This document shows, piece by piece, positions 1-11,910 of a stretch of 64,000 bases of DNA. The first letter of the stretch is position 1. Every line of letters begins with the position of its first letter. Location of the stretch: the NCBI RefSeq assembly GCF_009914755.1, contig NC_060926.1; one strand, given 5' to 3'. This DNA comes from the human T2T-CHM13v2.0 reference genome, Homo sapiens. The position numbers were made by a program, and so were the translations under genes. Under the pieces are notes generated by a model. The model did no database searches. It saw only the letters and a list, made by a program, of their open reading frames with translations, and was not told the DNA's origin.

Positions 1-851
1 AATAGTTCCCTTCAAGCCAAGGTCTTGTTACAGACCTGTTTCTAGCCCCAACTCCTCCAGCTTTATGGGGTCACCCCCCCTTTTTAAATCTCCAAGCAGA
101 AGGGCTTGTGATTTTATCCCACATTCAGTGGGAACCCTAGCATCTCCCATCATAGTCCTAGAAACTGCCAAATTCTCCTCTGAGCCCTGAGTCCTACAGG
201 AACTGTCCTCCACGTGTATCTGAGCCCACAGGGAGCACATTCCCCCTTTCTTTCTCCAATAAAGGACAGCTGACTCCAGGGAGAACTGGTGGGAGACTTC
301 CCTGAAGGCCAGGGGTGACGGAGATGGATGGTAATGCACAGCAACCAGAAACACCCCCCAGCCCCATCCTGCCAAGGGAGTGCTCCTTCCCTTATGCCAC
401 CCCCTCACCTGGTTTGGTTGGTTTCAGATGCAGTGCAGCCTTGGGAAGTCGGTGCTGGACCCCACCTGTGCAGCCTGTTTGCCGCAATTTCAGAGTCACT
501 GGAGATACAGTATTTATAAAAGCGTTTCTCTCTTGGTTTGAACTACAGCTTTGCTCCCAGTTTCAATGTATATAGTCCTTGGAGGAACAACCCTGGCCAA
601 GAAGTTATACCAGAGGCAACTGACCCCTAAGAGCAGGTGATGAAGAGCAGGAGGAGAGAGATGGCTGCAAGCTGGAAGAAGGGTGGTAGTTTGCAGTGGT
701 GGGGACAGGGGATACCACAGGAGGGGATTAGGAATTGGGAAAAGGACTCACAATCGTGTCAAAGGCAGAATCTGCTGGGAGTGGTTGGGCCTTGGAGATG
801 CTTGATGGGGTGACAATTAGGTGACCCCAAGTACTTTCATGAGAACTTTTA

Positions 852-1215
<364 letters not shown>

Positions 1216-2077
1216 TTACTACATAGATACATGCCAGGAGGCAGTAATAGTAATAAAATATCATATAAGACGATGATGATGGTGAAACTGGTATGACCTA
1301 CTTCACCAACTTAGATTACAAAATGGTCAAATTTCTTTTATTGCTTAATTTATTTTTCCCTATGGGTCTTTTAGGCAGAAGACTTGCCCCCAAATTACTC
1401 AAAGACCCCAGGGACCTCCTTTGCTTCCACACCTGAGGGAGGAGAGCCAGGGTTCCATCAGCCCCTGCTGCTGTTTCTCCAAGCTGTCACAAGGTGTCAC
1501 TGTTGCAGCTTGGTGTCTCAAGGAGGGACGCTGCTGCCCCAGACGCTGAGATGCCCTTGGTGGTTGAGGTTCAGGCTTAAGACTCTTCTTAGTTATCATT
1601 TCACACTCGGCCATCCCTTCCCAAAGCATAGCTCCTGGGGCAGGGCGGCTGGGTTTGAAGGGGTGTCCAGTATCAGCCACGTTCCATGCTGGCCAGAACA
1701 GTGTTATCAGTTGAGATCCCCCTTAACACAAGGTGATTTATTTTGGGGGCCTCATTGCTTGCCCCTGCCACTGATTCTTGGATTGCCCTACAACTCCTAG
1801 ACAGGTATCCCTGACTTTGCATCTCTGAGATTGGGGACTGGGATATGGGTGTCTTTGCTTTCAGAGGGCCCTGGGACTCTGCTTCCTATAGTGCGGCATA
1901 CAAAGAGGGCCGGCCAGCTTCTCTAAGCCCCACAAACAAAGGTCCTGGGTCAGCCCAAACCCCAAGAGGAAGAGGATGGGACCCTGGGGGCTCACATTTG
2001 CATAACAAAGCGGGCACACAAATGATCCTTCACCAGAGGAAGAACACCTGTGCCCAGGTTCCTTATGTCTCTGCCTA

Positions 2078-2556
2078 ACCCAAAAGTTCTCAACCTGGGG
2101 ATCAGGAGTAGAATTCACGGGTGTCATGAACTTGCTGAGGGAAAACATTACATGCTATTTTCACTAATCACTAACTGAAGGTAGCATTTCCTTCCATTAC
2201 GCACGTAGACATCACACCACAGTACGATAGATGGTGTGGTTCCTGGGACTTGTCACCAATAGACATCACAGATACTCTCATATCCCACTACAGTTGCTGC
2301 AGATAATTCAAAATAACTTCTCAGTTCATCATAAATTCAAAATTATGATAATCATTAAACCCATCACTAGATCTTGGTATCCAGTGCCTAAAGAAACATA
2401 TATTGCTACGTTGGTGACTACATTTCCATATATCTGGTTTCCTCTCTAATTCCATGCATTTTTACTTGATGCATGTGAAACTGCCCTTCTGGGGAAGGTC
2501 CACAGGCTTCCTCCTGACTGCAGGAGGATCGATGGCACGAGATGAATTAAGACCCC
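2078..2556. mobile_element. hAT-Charlie DNA transposon MITE (MER113-like)
   Basis: Ends 'gttctcaacctgggg' and 'ttaagacccc'; internal 'ttttcactaa..ctaactgaa..tagcatttccttc' and 'gactt.gtcaccaatagacatcacagata' match the recalled consensus. Confidence 0.6.
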
Positions 2557-2562
2557 ATGGCC

Positions 2563-2879
<317 letters not shown>

Positions 2880-3377
2880 GACCTAGTGCCAGAGCTTTCA
2901 TCATTCTCAGAGGCTGCCTAAAGCCCTACCTGAAAAGGATGCTAGGTTTGTGAGTCCAAAGGTCAGCCGGGGAAGGTGCAGGGCTACTGTGGTTCCCAAG
3001 AAGAGCCCAGACAAGCATTCTGCTGAAGGAGCCTCAGACATGAAGGTGCGAGAGCATTTAACGCGGAGGGCTTGGGGCCTGCAGGAGTGAGCTGCGTGCC
3101 CAAGTGTCATACGGATGCCTCTGTTGAAAGGCCCAGTCCTCGATGGGCACCATGGCTGTGACCAGTGTGGACTGAAACCCAGGGTTCTCTGCAAACAGTG
3201 CAGTCATCAAGGGATGCCCCAGCTAGGACCCGCGCAGGATCTTGGGGGCGGAAGGGATCCAGTGAAATGGAGCTGGAGCATCCTCCAGTAAACCTTGGTG
3301 AATTAGGGCAAGTTACGTTCAATTTGAAGAAATAAGAGAAGTGTGACTTCTACTCCAGGTTAGCCTAGAAGCCGTTC

Positions 3378-3730
3378 CTGTGAATTGAAGTGTCCCCCTC
3401 AAAATTCACATGCTGGAGCCCTAACCCCCAGTGTAACAGTATTTGGAGACATGGCTTTTAGGTAAAATGAAGTAAGGGTGGGGCCTGATCCTGTAGGATT
3501 AATGTCCTTAGCAGAAGAGACACCGGAGAGTTTGTTTCCTCTCTCTCTGCCTCTTAGGACACAGTGAGGAGGTGGTCATCAGCAACCCAGGAAGAGTGGC
3601 CTCACCAGAAACTGACCCTGCCAGACCTCGATCTGAGACTTCCAGCCTCCAGAACTGTGGGACATAAATTCCTGTTGTTTAAGGTACTCAGTCTGCAGTG
3701 TTTTATTATGGCAGCTCAGGTAGACTGACA
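3378..3730 (+). mobile_element. MaLR solo LTR (MLT1A-like)
   Basis: 'tgtccccctcaaaattcacatgctggagccctaacccccagtgt...gacttccagcctccagaactgtg..ataaattcctgttgtttaag' is typical of MLT1A/MST. Confidence 0.85.
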
Positions 3731-6509
3731 ACATACTTGCCATATATGGGTGTTTTTTGCAGTGTAAAGTCCCAGGGAAGAAATATCAATAGCTGACAGA
3801 TCTCTTAACCATCAATTTCATCCCACTTTGTTCATATAATTGAAATAGTCCTGTCTTTGGGGTCATATACCCTTTAATAATACTCAGAGAATAATGACTT
3901 TGCTCCTCACACTCCATTAATATGGGAAGTCCTATTTTCTGTGGGTTCCCCCCTCCAGGCATCTCTGGGTCTCATGCTCTGCTGTAAAGCTCATACTGAT
4001 TCCCCTTGGTGAAAGCTGTGCCCTGGCTGCGACTTGAAGTTGGTACTGAAGATTTAGGAAACTGAAGGAAATCCACAGCAAAGAGGCTGGTATCTACTGC
4101 CGAAGGGGGCCACACCCAGTGCCCAGTGCCCAGTGCCCAGCAACGCGTGGCCCATCTTGGGGAGGGAGAGGTCTCTCCACCTACCTAATGCTGTCTGGAG
4201 ACCCATCCCCACAAACATGTCCCACCCTGAGCCGGTCCTCTGGAGCCCTCCTTAACCACTCAAGGCCCACTGGCCTCAAGGCTTCTCCACTGCCCTCAGG
4301 GAAACCCCTCCACCCACTCCCAGAACTGTGCTTTGGCTGGGGGCTCACACAGCGATCACTGGGTCATTGGACATCAGTTTTCCCCAGTCAGGGTCATTCC
4401 GTCTGAAATGCACTAGGCACTGACTTGGGGAATCGGCTGTTTGGAAAATCTGGGTTTAGCCAGATCTAGTCAACTCTGGCACAACTTTCCTAAACTCTGT
4501 GTGGCCTCCACCGGCAAGCCGCTCCGAGACACCACTTGAACGAGAAACGCACGCGTGTGTATGCATTCTCATCTGCACTACGCACAGCCCAAAGCCACCT
4601 ACTGAGAAGAGAGGCTTTTTGGAGACATCTGTCTGCACCCTAAGCAGCCTTTGCATAACTGTGCTGGCCCCGGTGGAGATGCAGGTCCCCCCTGCAGGCA
4701 GCGTCTTTGTTACACTCACTCAGGCGTGGGCCTCCGGAATAAAGCTGTCATCTGAAGCCTCAAAAGTGAACCAGAGCCGCGTCTGGCTTTGAAGTGACAG
4801 TGCTTCTGATCCTACCTCACGAGACTTCAAAGCACAAAGGGCCACGTTTCTGTCGTGACTCATGGTTGAGGCACCATGTGGCCTTTTCTGCAACAGCTTT
4901 GCAAGGAGGTCATATCTTGCAGGCTCCTGGCCTGGGAGGGAGCGCTCAGGCCTGCAGTGGGGCAGAGGGACGTCTGTTTTGTCCTTCCACTTCAAGCTCC
5001 TGGAGTCCCTCTTGACCTGCTATCCACACCCCCTCAAATGGCTGTTCATGGCTCTGTGCCCTCGGCTCACTAGAGAAGCCAGCTCTGGGTGGAAAAAGCC
5101 AGTGGGGCCTGTGATGGTAGTTTCAGGGGAGTGCTCACCGAGAAAAGGCACCTTTGGCATGTCTTTGAGTCCTCTGTCCCCCCGCAGTGGTAAGGTTGTC
5201 AAGTGGTCCCTGCCAGCCTTTATTTGGCCCTGGAAAGTCGCTGTCCACAGTACAACTGACTCTTGAGGACAGTTGAAGGGTGGTCTGGCGTGGGCATCCC
5301 CACACAGCTCCTCCTGCTATGGGGATGTCCCCACCCTTGCCTCTTGACTGTTCTGCATGCCAGCCTCTCCTCACACCCACACAGTGGCTCTGCCCAATTT
5401 CTTTCTGCACTGGTCTATTAACTGAATCCTTTTTAACCTCTAGGAATCTCTACAACTGTTATCAGGCCTCAGTCATTTCAAGCACCTTTGCAATCTCCAT
5501 CCCTTTGTGGTCTTGCTACAAGGGTGTTATCTTACGCTTCCAGAGGTCTTTGGTATCCTGTGGCAATTACATAGTATTAGTATCATGACTTTCAGCTTCC
5601 GAGGGTCCCCAGAGAGGTAACTCAAGAGGAATATAGTTGACAAATGCACCTTGTGAACTGACATTCTCCAAGTCAAATCCTCCCTGGGGCCAAGCGGAGG
5701 TGGTCACTATCCCTAGGGGACGTGGCCTACATGGGGGGTGGCTCCTAGATTAGTAGGAGATGGTTAGATGGAGCAAAGATGTCCCCCTTGGCCCTCAGCA
5801 CCCACGCCATGATCAGCTGCGCTCGGGATTGTGGGGAACTCAGGATAGAGAGTGGCCCAGGCCAGAGCCTAGCAGGGCACAGCTTCTGGGAGCTCTCCAA
5901 AGGCTAGCAAAATTCACTGTGAAGTGCAGAAAAGAACCTAGGAGAATCCACCCTTGGAAAGTCGGATTCCCACCACAGGAGGTCAGAGAAGGGAGGGAAG
6001 GGCCACCGAGGAGGACCTCTAGAGACTGGCCCTGTGTCTTCAGCCCCTCAGTTCTTCAGCCCCTCAGTCGGTCAGCAGGTTTCTCATACTGGGCCCCCCA
6101 CCCCTGTGTATGCAGAGAAGCCAGGGCCTGTAGAAGCAGCTGCAGTGTCACGGTGGCAGTGCGACAAGGTGGTGGTGGGACAAGGTGGCAAGGGCAGGGT
6201 GGGGTCGACTGCAGCCGAGTATGCGGGGTCTGTGTAGCCTGGCTGCTACCACAGAGAACCAAGCACCCGTGTGGATGTGGGGGAGCGGAAACTAGACCCC
6301 AAAGGGTCTGGCTCCTGGTCACCTGGACAGGCCCAGCTGTGCTCCTGAGCAGGGAGGGCCACTCCCTGCAGCCCCACACTTGGTGGCCAGGTGGCTGCTG
6401 AAGAGACCAAGATTGTTGGGTGACCTGGCAGGGGCCATCTGGGGCCTGCTCTTCTCCGGGTCCAGTAAGCTTAGTCCAAGACAAGGTCACAAGGCATCAC
6501 ATGAATCTA

Positions 6510-6515
6510 TTTATT
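6510..6515 (-). terminator. Polyadenylation signal AATAAA of GPR55
   Basis: Plus strand TTTATT; followed on the minus strand by GT/T-rich 'gattcatgtgatgccttgtgaccttgtcttgg'. Confidence 0.7.
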
Positions 6516-7391
6516 TGGCGAATCAGATTAATCAAGTCATTTTTTCCAAAGCTAACCGTCCGCCCCTCCTGTGCTGCTGGGCCCCACTGCTGATTATGGG
6601 CCAGCTTGGGTTGCAGCTATGTGGGTCCAAACTCTCGGCCCTCCTGCCGAGCAGCCGTAGTGGCCTGCAGCATGGACCTGTGCCCGCTCCCACAGACACG
6701 GGTCCCCACGGAGAAGAGGCCCTTCTTTCCACAGTGTTTTGGGATGGGTCAGGGGTCCCCAGGGCACACCCACAGGTCCATAGTTGTCACATCACACTGA
6801 GACTGCTGATACCCTCCAAGGACCTTCCTCTTACAGCCATGCAGCTCCTGGGTCCTGGCTCCCCTCCCCGTCCCTCCCTACATGATCAGTTCCTCTCAGC
6901 TGTCTAGAGCCCTTTCTGTCACCTGGAGAGAGTCATGCTGCACATAGATAAGATTTTATGTTTGAACATCGCTGGGGATGATAGTTGGTTAGGTCCACCC
7001 ACCCTTGTCTCTTAGGAAGCCCATCTGGCCTTAAGCACATTGGTAGACCCAAGTGCACATGACGGGCATCACTCAACTCCACCAGGCAGGCTCCCAACTC
7101 CTCGTGCAGAGAAAGAAGTGGGAGGAGGGTGGTCACTAAATCCACCACCCGTAGACACTGACCCGAACCAGCCCCAAATGCCCCGTTGCATGTGAAAGTC
7201 TGGCTCCCTCAGAGTATCACGGGTGGTGTCTCTGTCTAGGGTGGCCATGGGAGAGGGCAGCCTGCAGGCAAGGAGAGGAGTGTCTGGGGTTTGGGGCAGC
7301 CAGGCAGCCTTACCTCTGGGTCTGCAGAGCCTGACTCTGTGGCTGTGGTTCTTAGAGGCCCAGCTCAGGGGGCCTGAGCCTCCGATCCCTC

Positions 7392-7416
7392 TGGTCTGGT
7401 CTGGTCTGGTCTGGTC
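7392..7416. repeat. (TGGTC)n pentanucleotide microsatellite in the 3'UTR
   Basis: tggtctggtctggtctggtctggtc read directly. Confidence 0.9.
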
Positions 7417-9172
7417 ACTCCTCCACATCCACTTCCACCCCTTCATTGACGCTCTCTTCCTCACCCTTCCCTCCATCCACCTAGGAGGAGGTGTACAGGG
7501 TGCCACTTGAACACAGCAACAGCGGGAGCTGCTCCTGAGAAGGCGACTCCTGTCCGTCCATGGCTCTTAGGCCAGCTGGGAAAGCTCTCAGGCAGGAAGC
7601 AGCTCAGCCAGGTTCCCCACCCACCCTGCACTCCCTGCAGGCTTCAAGCCTAGGGCCACTGCTCAGCTTCCCCTCCTTTTCCTCTTCCTCTTCCTCCTCC
7701 TCCTCCCCACAGGTCCAGGTTTATCCAAATGCTTCTCTTCTTCCCCTCAGGTCACCACCCCTCCCAAGCCCTTCAGCCCCCACTGAGCCCAGATCCTACA
7801 AGTAGACCTCAGTTGCTTTTCCTCCTGAAGACCTTGCTCACATGAAGTCTCATCAGTTACTCCTCATCCCACTCGCTCTGTCATGCAAAACCACCCCACA
7901 ATGGATCCTTCTCATCATTTCACTCTCCGGAGCAGCTGAGTCATTGGGAGGCTTCCGCTGTCACTTGCACTCCTCCTCCAGATCCGTTGAGAAGCCATCC
8001 AGGCGTGACTCAATTGTTTACAGTTTCCTGGGACCAGCAGGGACCCCCCCTTGCCTTCTTTCTCAAGGCCACACCCTTGTGCCTAGCTGCCTCATCTCCC
8101 TCCCAGCTGCCAGGGAGGGACGGCTCCATGGGCAGTGCCACGGGTGCCAGCTGCCCAGCCAGGATGCAGGTGAGTAAGACAGCACCTCCTCCACCCTCCT
8201 ATGGTGGAACCAAGGCAGGCCTGATTCTTTGCCATTGTTTTCAAGGAAGCTAGCTGTAATGAGCAACTTCCCAGTCTGTTTAAGATAGAAAGCAGGTCGG
8301 GGTCTCCCCGCTCCCAGGCCGTCTCTCACTGTCTCTCTTCACCCTGGGCCAGCACCAACACTCCGTGCTGTGGACACCCTGATGGTGATAGGGGTGGGGC
8401 TGTGTGCTTCCAGCCCTGGGCCTGTCTTCTTCCTTCCCCAGAAGTGTCCTTTCCTCTCCCCCCTCATGGCTCTTGGATGTCATCAACACCCCACTCAGTC
8501 ATTTTGCAGTCTTCTCACGGGCACGGAAAGGTGTGGCTGGCTTCCTTCACCTTTCTGAGGCTCACTGGAAACTTGGGGTGATCCATGCTACTTGCCCAGC
8601 CCCAACACCACCCCTTCTTGCTGTCATCTCAGTGAGGCTTTTGGCAACACAGTTCCAGAAGGGACTGGAAAATGCAAGTCTGCTCTGTTCTGGGACACCC
8701 AAACTAAAAAGGGACTTCACTCATCCCTACCACCCCACCTCTGCCCAAGACACTCTCCCCAATAACTGACTCTCTTGGCTCCCTCCTTTACCTCTTTTCT
8801 CTCTCTCTCTTTCTTTCCAGAACCTCCCAGTCGAACAGGAAAATGGGGAGAGTTGGAAACAGCCTTGTTGACATGGTCTCATTCTCTTTCTCAATTCTTC
8901 TGCTCTATAGTTTTTGGACTTAGAAATCAGTAATTCACCTGGTCTGTGGGTTCTTCAGAGATCCCTGAACACTGGGTGGTATAAGCTGTCTGGGCAGTGG
9001 AAAAAAGGTCTTTGGGGTATAATGAGCAAAGCTGGCACTCAATGGGCATCAAAGGGAAGCACATCAGTGAAGATGGTGCGGATCATCCCACCACATCAAA
9101 ACCCTGGAACGCGATATCCGTTACCAGAATTCAGGGCCAGGGCTTTCTTCCCCTGAACAGGATGTCCTTCCG

Positions 9173-10132
9173 TTAGCCCCGGGAGATCGTGGTGTCCTGC
9201 AGGACCAGCTGGACCCTGGAAGGCCGGTGGGCCCTGATGTTCATGCGGAATTCTTTGATGACAAAGTAGTAGCAGAAAACATCCAGGCAGCAGTTGACAT
9301 TGGAGAAACACATGGACAATTGCAAGAAGAAGCTGATGCTCTGCTTGGCTCTGCACTCTACGATAAAGCTGTTTCTCACCAGGAACTGCAGGAAGAACCC
9401 CAGGTGGACTGGGAGGAAGGAGACCACGAAGACAGCCAGGCTGGCTGCGATGCTGTAGATGCAGGCTTTCTGCTGCACCCAGTCCTGGGTGTGGTCTCGG
9501 CGGCCCAGCAGGATGTGGATGCTCCTGGAGCAGCAGAAGCCCATGATGCCCATGGGAAGGAGGAAGCCAAACACCTCCAGCGGGAAGAAGACCTTGGCAC
9601 TCCAGGTATCATCAGACATGTTGTGGAAGCACATGTATTTTTCCACTTTCCCATGGAAACTGTAGATAGGGATGCTTCCGGTCCACACCAGGACCCAGAT
9701 GGTGCAGCAGATCCCAAAGATCTTCCTGGGGGACCGGAGGTGGCTCACCAGGAGCGGGTAACGGATGGCCAAGAACCGGTCCATGCTGATGAAGCAGATG
9801 GTGAAGACGCTTCCGTACATGCTGACGAAGTAAAGGCACTCCACCAGGGTGCACAGGGACGGGAAGGGGGACTGTACCTGGGACAGGACCATCTTGAATG
9901 GGAGGGAGAGCACCAGCAGCAGGTCAAAGACTGCCAGGTTGATCATGTAGATGGAGGTGGCAGCATAATCGGGCCACCTGTTCTTAAGGAAGGTGCTGAA
10001 GCCATGGATGGCCAGCAGGTTGAGGAGCAGGCCCAGGACGAAGGTGGGGATGTGGACTGCAAACTGTAGGGTTTTCATCAGCTCGTTGACACCGTCAAAC
10101 AGGCAGTCCCCACTGGTGTTTTGCTGACTCAT
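9173..10132 (-). CDS. GPR55: G protein-coupled receptor 55 (lysophosphatidylinositol / atypical cannabinoid receptor), class A 7TM, 319 aa, intronless CDS
   Basis: ATG to TAA ORF, MSQQNTSGDCLFDGVNELMKTLQF...TTISRG. Seven hydrophobic segments, NLAVFD (TM2), DRF (DRY variant), FLP (TM6), NCCLDVFCY (NPxxY variant), sequons N5 and N171. Matches human GPR55 as recalled; residue 195 is Gly. Confidence 0.99.
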   Translation of the reverse strand: MSQQNTSGDCLFDGVNELMKTLQFAVHIPTFVLGLLLNLLAIHGFSTFLKNRWPDYAATSIYMINLAVFDLLLVLSLPFKMVLSQVQSPFPSLCTLVECLYFVSMYGSVFTICFISMDRFLAIRYPLLVSHLRSPRKIFGICCTIWVLVWTGSIPIYSFHGKVEKYMCFHNMSDDTWSAKVFFPLEVFGFLLPMGIMGFCCSRSIHILLGRRDHTQDWVQQKACIYSIAASLAVFVVSFLPVHLGFFLQFLVRNSFIVECRAKQSISFFLQLSMCFSNVNCCLDVFCYYFVIKEFRMNIRAHRPSRVQLVLQDTTISRG

Positions 10133-10266
10133 GTTTCTTCCTACAACACCAACAGATCAGACGGGGCTCCTTTCACTCTCTTGAAGTGATGGATTCAAAT
10201 GACTTTGTCAAGAATCACAAACACCTCCCCAGCATCACACAGCAATTCATGCCCATTGAATCACAA

Positions 10267-10290
10267 CTAGAACACAGAAAAGAAAAATTA
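10267..10290 (-). other. GPR55: 3' splice acceptor of the GPR55 coding exon (exon starts at 10266, 134 nt before the ATG)
   Basis: Minus strand 'taatttttcttttctgtgttctag|ttgtga': strong polypyrimidine tract plus AG. Confidence 0.85.
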
Positions 10291-11420
10291 CCTTTAATCC
10301 TGCTGCCCAGATGCAACCACTGTTACTTTTTGTGTATATCATTCCAGACTCGCTTTCTCACTCTCTTTCTACCATACACACATTTTTCTTTGACAAATAT
10401 AGAACCTGCTGTGCATGGACATCTGTCTTTTAAATCAGAACTCCTTTTGTTGAAAGAAGTAACAGCACATACCCAGACCCAAACAGGCTGAAGCAAAGAG
10501 ACAGTTTCACATAATGGAAAACATGAAAACTAGGGTAGGGCTGACTTCAGGAGCAGCTGGATCAGGGATTCAAATGCTGCTTCCAGGACTCAGCTCCTTT
10601 TGTCTCCTTTGTCCTCCTCCCACCCACTTTCCTGATGGTTGGACACAGTCAACCTGCAACCAGGGATGATTGACACCAGAGCGTTGCATTCCCCTGGACA
10701 CAGTAGCTGGTTAGTTCATTGGTTCAGGGACAGATATTTGACTCTCCAAGAAGCCATGATAATCAACACAACTTTTGCTTGGGTTTCCAGGCAGAGGGTT
10801 GGAGTCCCTTGTCAGGGATTCATAGTTGCCAAGATATAAGGTCTGCAGCTGCTGCAGCCTCTTGTACCCCAAAGAGAAAACCAGACAGAAAATGGAGAGA
10901 TATGGGAGAAATGGCATTCCCAGAAGGAATGGAGCGGGGCCCTGAGGTCTCCACAGGGCAAGGAAAGGCCTTTTGTCAGGCAGAAAATTAGAAGTGGCCT
11001 CAGGGACGGGAGGACCAAGGCTGCAGGTGTGGTTGCACAGGGGTGTGGTCCGAGCCTGGTCAATTTGGGGTGAGGGGGTGAGTGCCATTGTGGGGTTCTG
11101 CATCAAGGTATGTAGCCCTGGAGCAGGACAAAACCAAGTGTTCAATCCAGGCATCCAGAACCAGGTTGCTAGAAGGACTCAAATACGACCCAACTTCCAC
11201 CCTCTCCCCACTTGCCCACCTCTGCCCACCTCCCTGCTCCCTCCTTTCTCACCCACTCTTCCCTCTCCCCACATGTGAGGCCATGCTGCTGGTGTACTTG
11301 ACTTGGACTGGCCTTAGACATGGAATGTGCCACATTCACTAGAGCACAGGGGCATGGCATGGAAAGGACATTTATGCCTGGCATCTTCCTTAACCACTTC
11401 GGCAGAAAGCAGCTGGGTGA

Positions 11421-11910
<490 letters not shown>

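Larger units (their letters stand above)
6490..9172 (-). other. GPR55: GPR55 3'UTR (about 2.7 kb)
   Basis: Runs from the stop codon to the minus-strand AATAAA at 6510-6515. The length agrees with my recollection of a ~3.8 kb mRNA; the cleavage site is approximate. Confidence 0.7.

Noticed and set aside
1384-1800. 138-aa ORF just after a strong plus-strand acceptor
   Set aside because: TTG start and no recognisable homology; at most a non-coding exon.
5760-6401. 213-aa ATG ORF downstream of GPR55
   Set aside because: Composition is typical of random GC-rich DNA; no domain or exon evidence.
9227-10069. 280-aa ORF antisense to GPR55
   Set aside because: It starts at GTG and mirrors the GPR55 frame. 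Such shadow ORFs are expected opposite genes with GC-rich third positions, and it has no recognisable domain.
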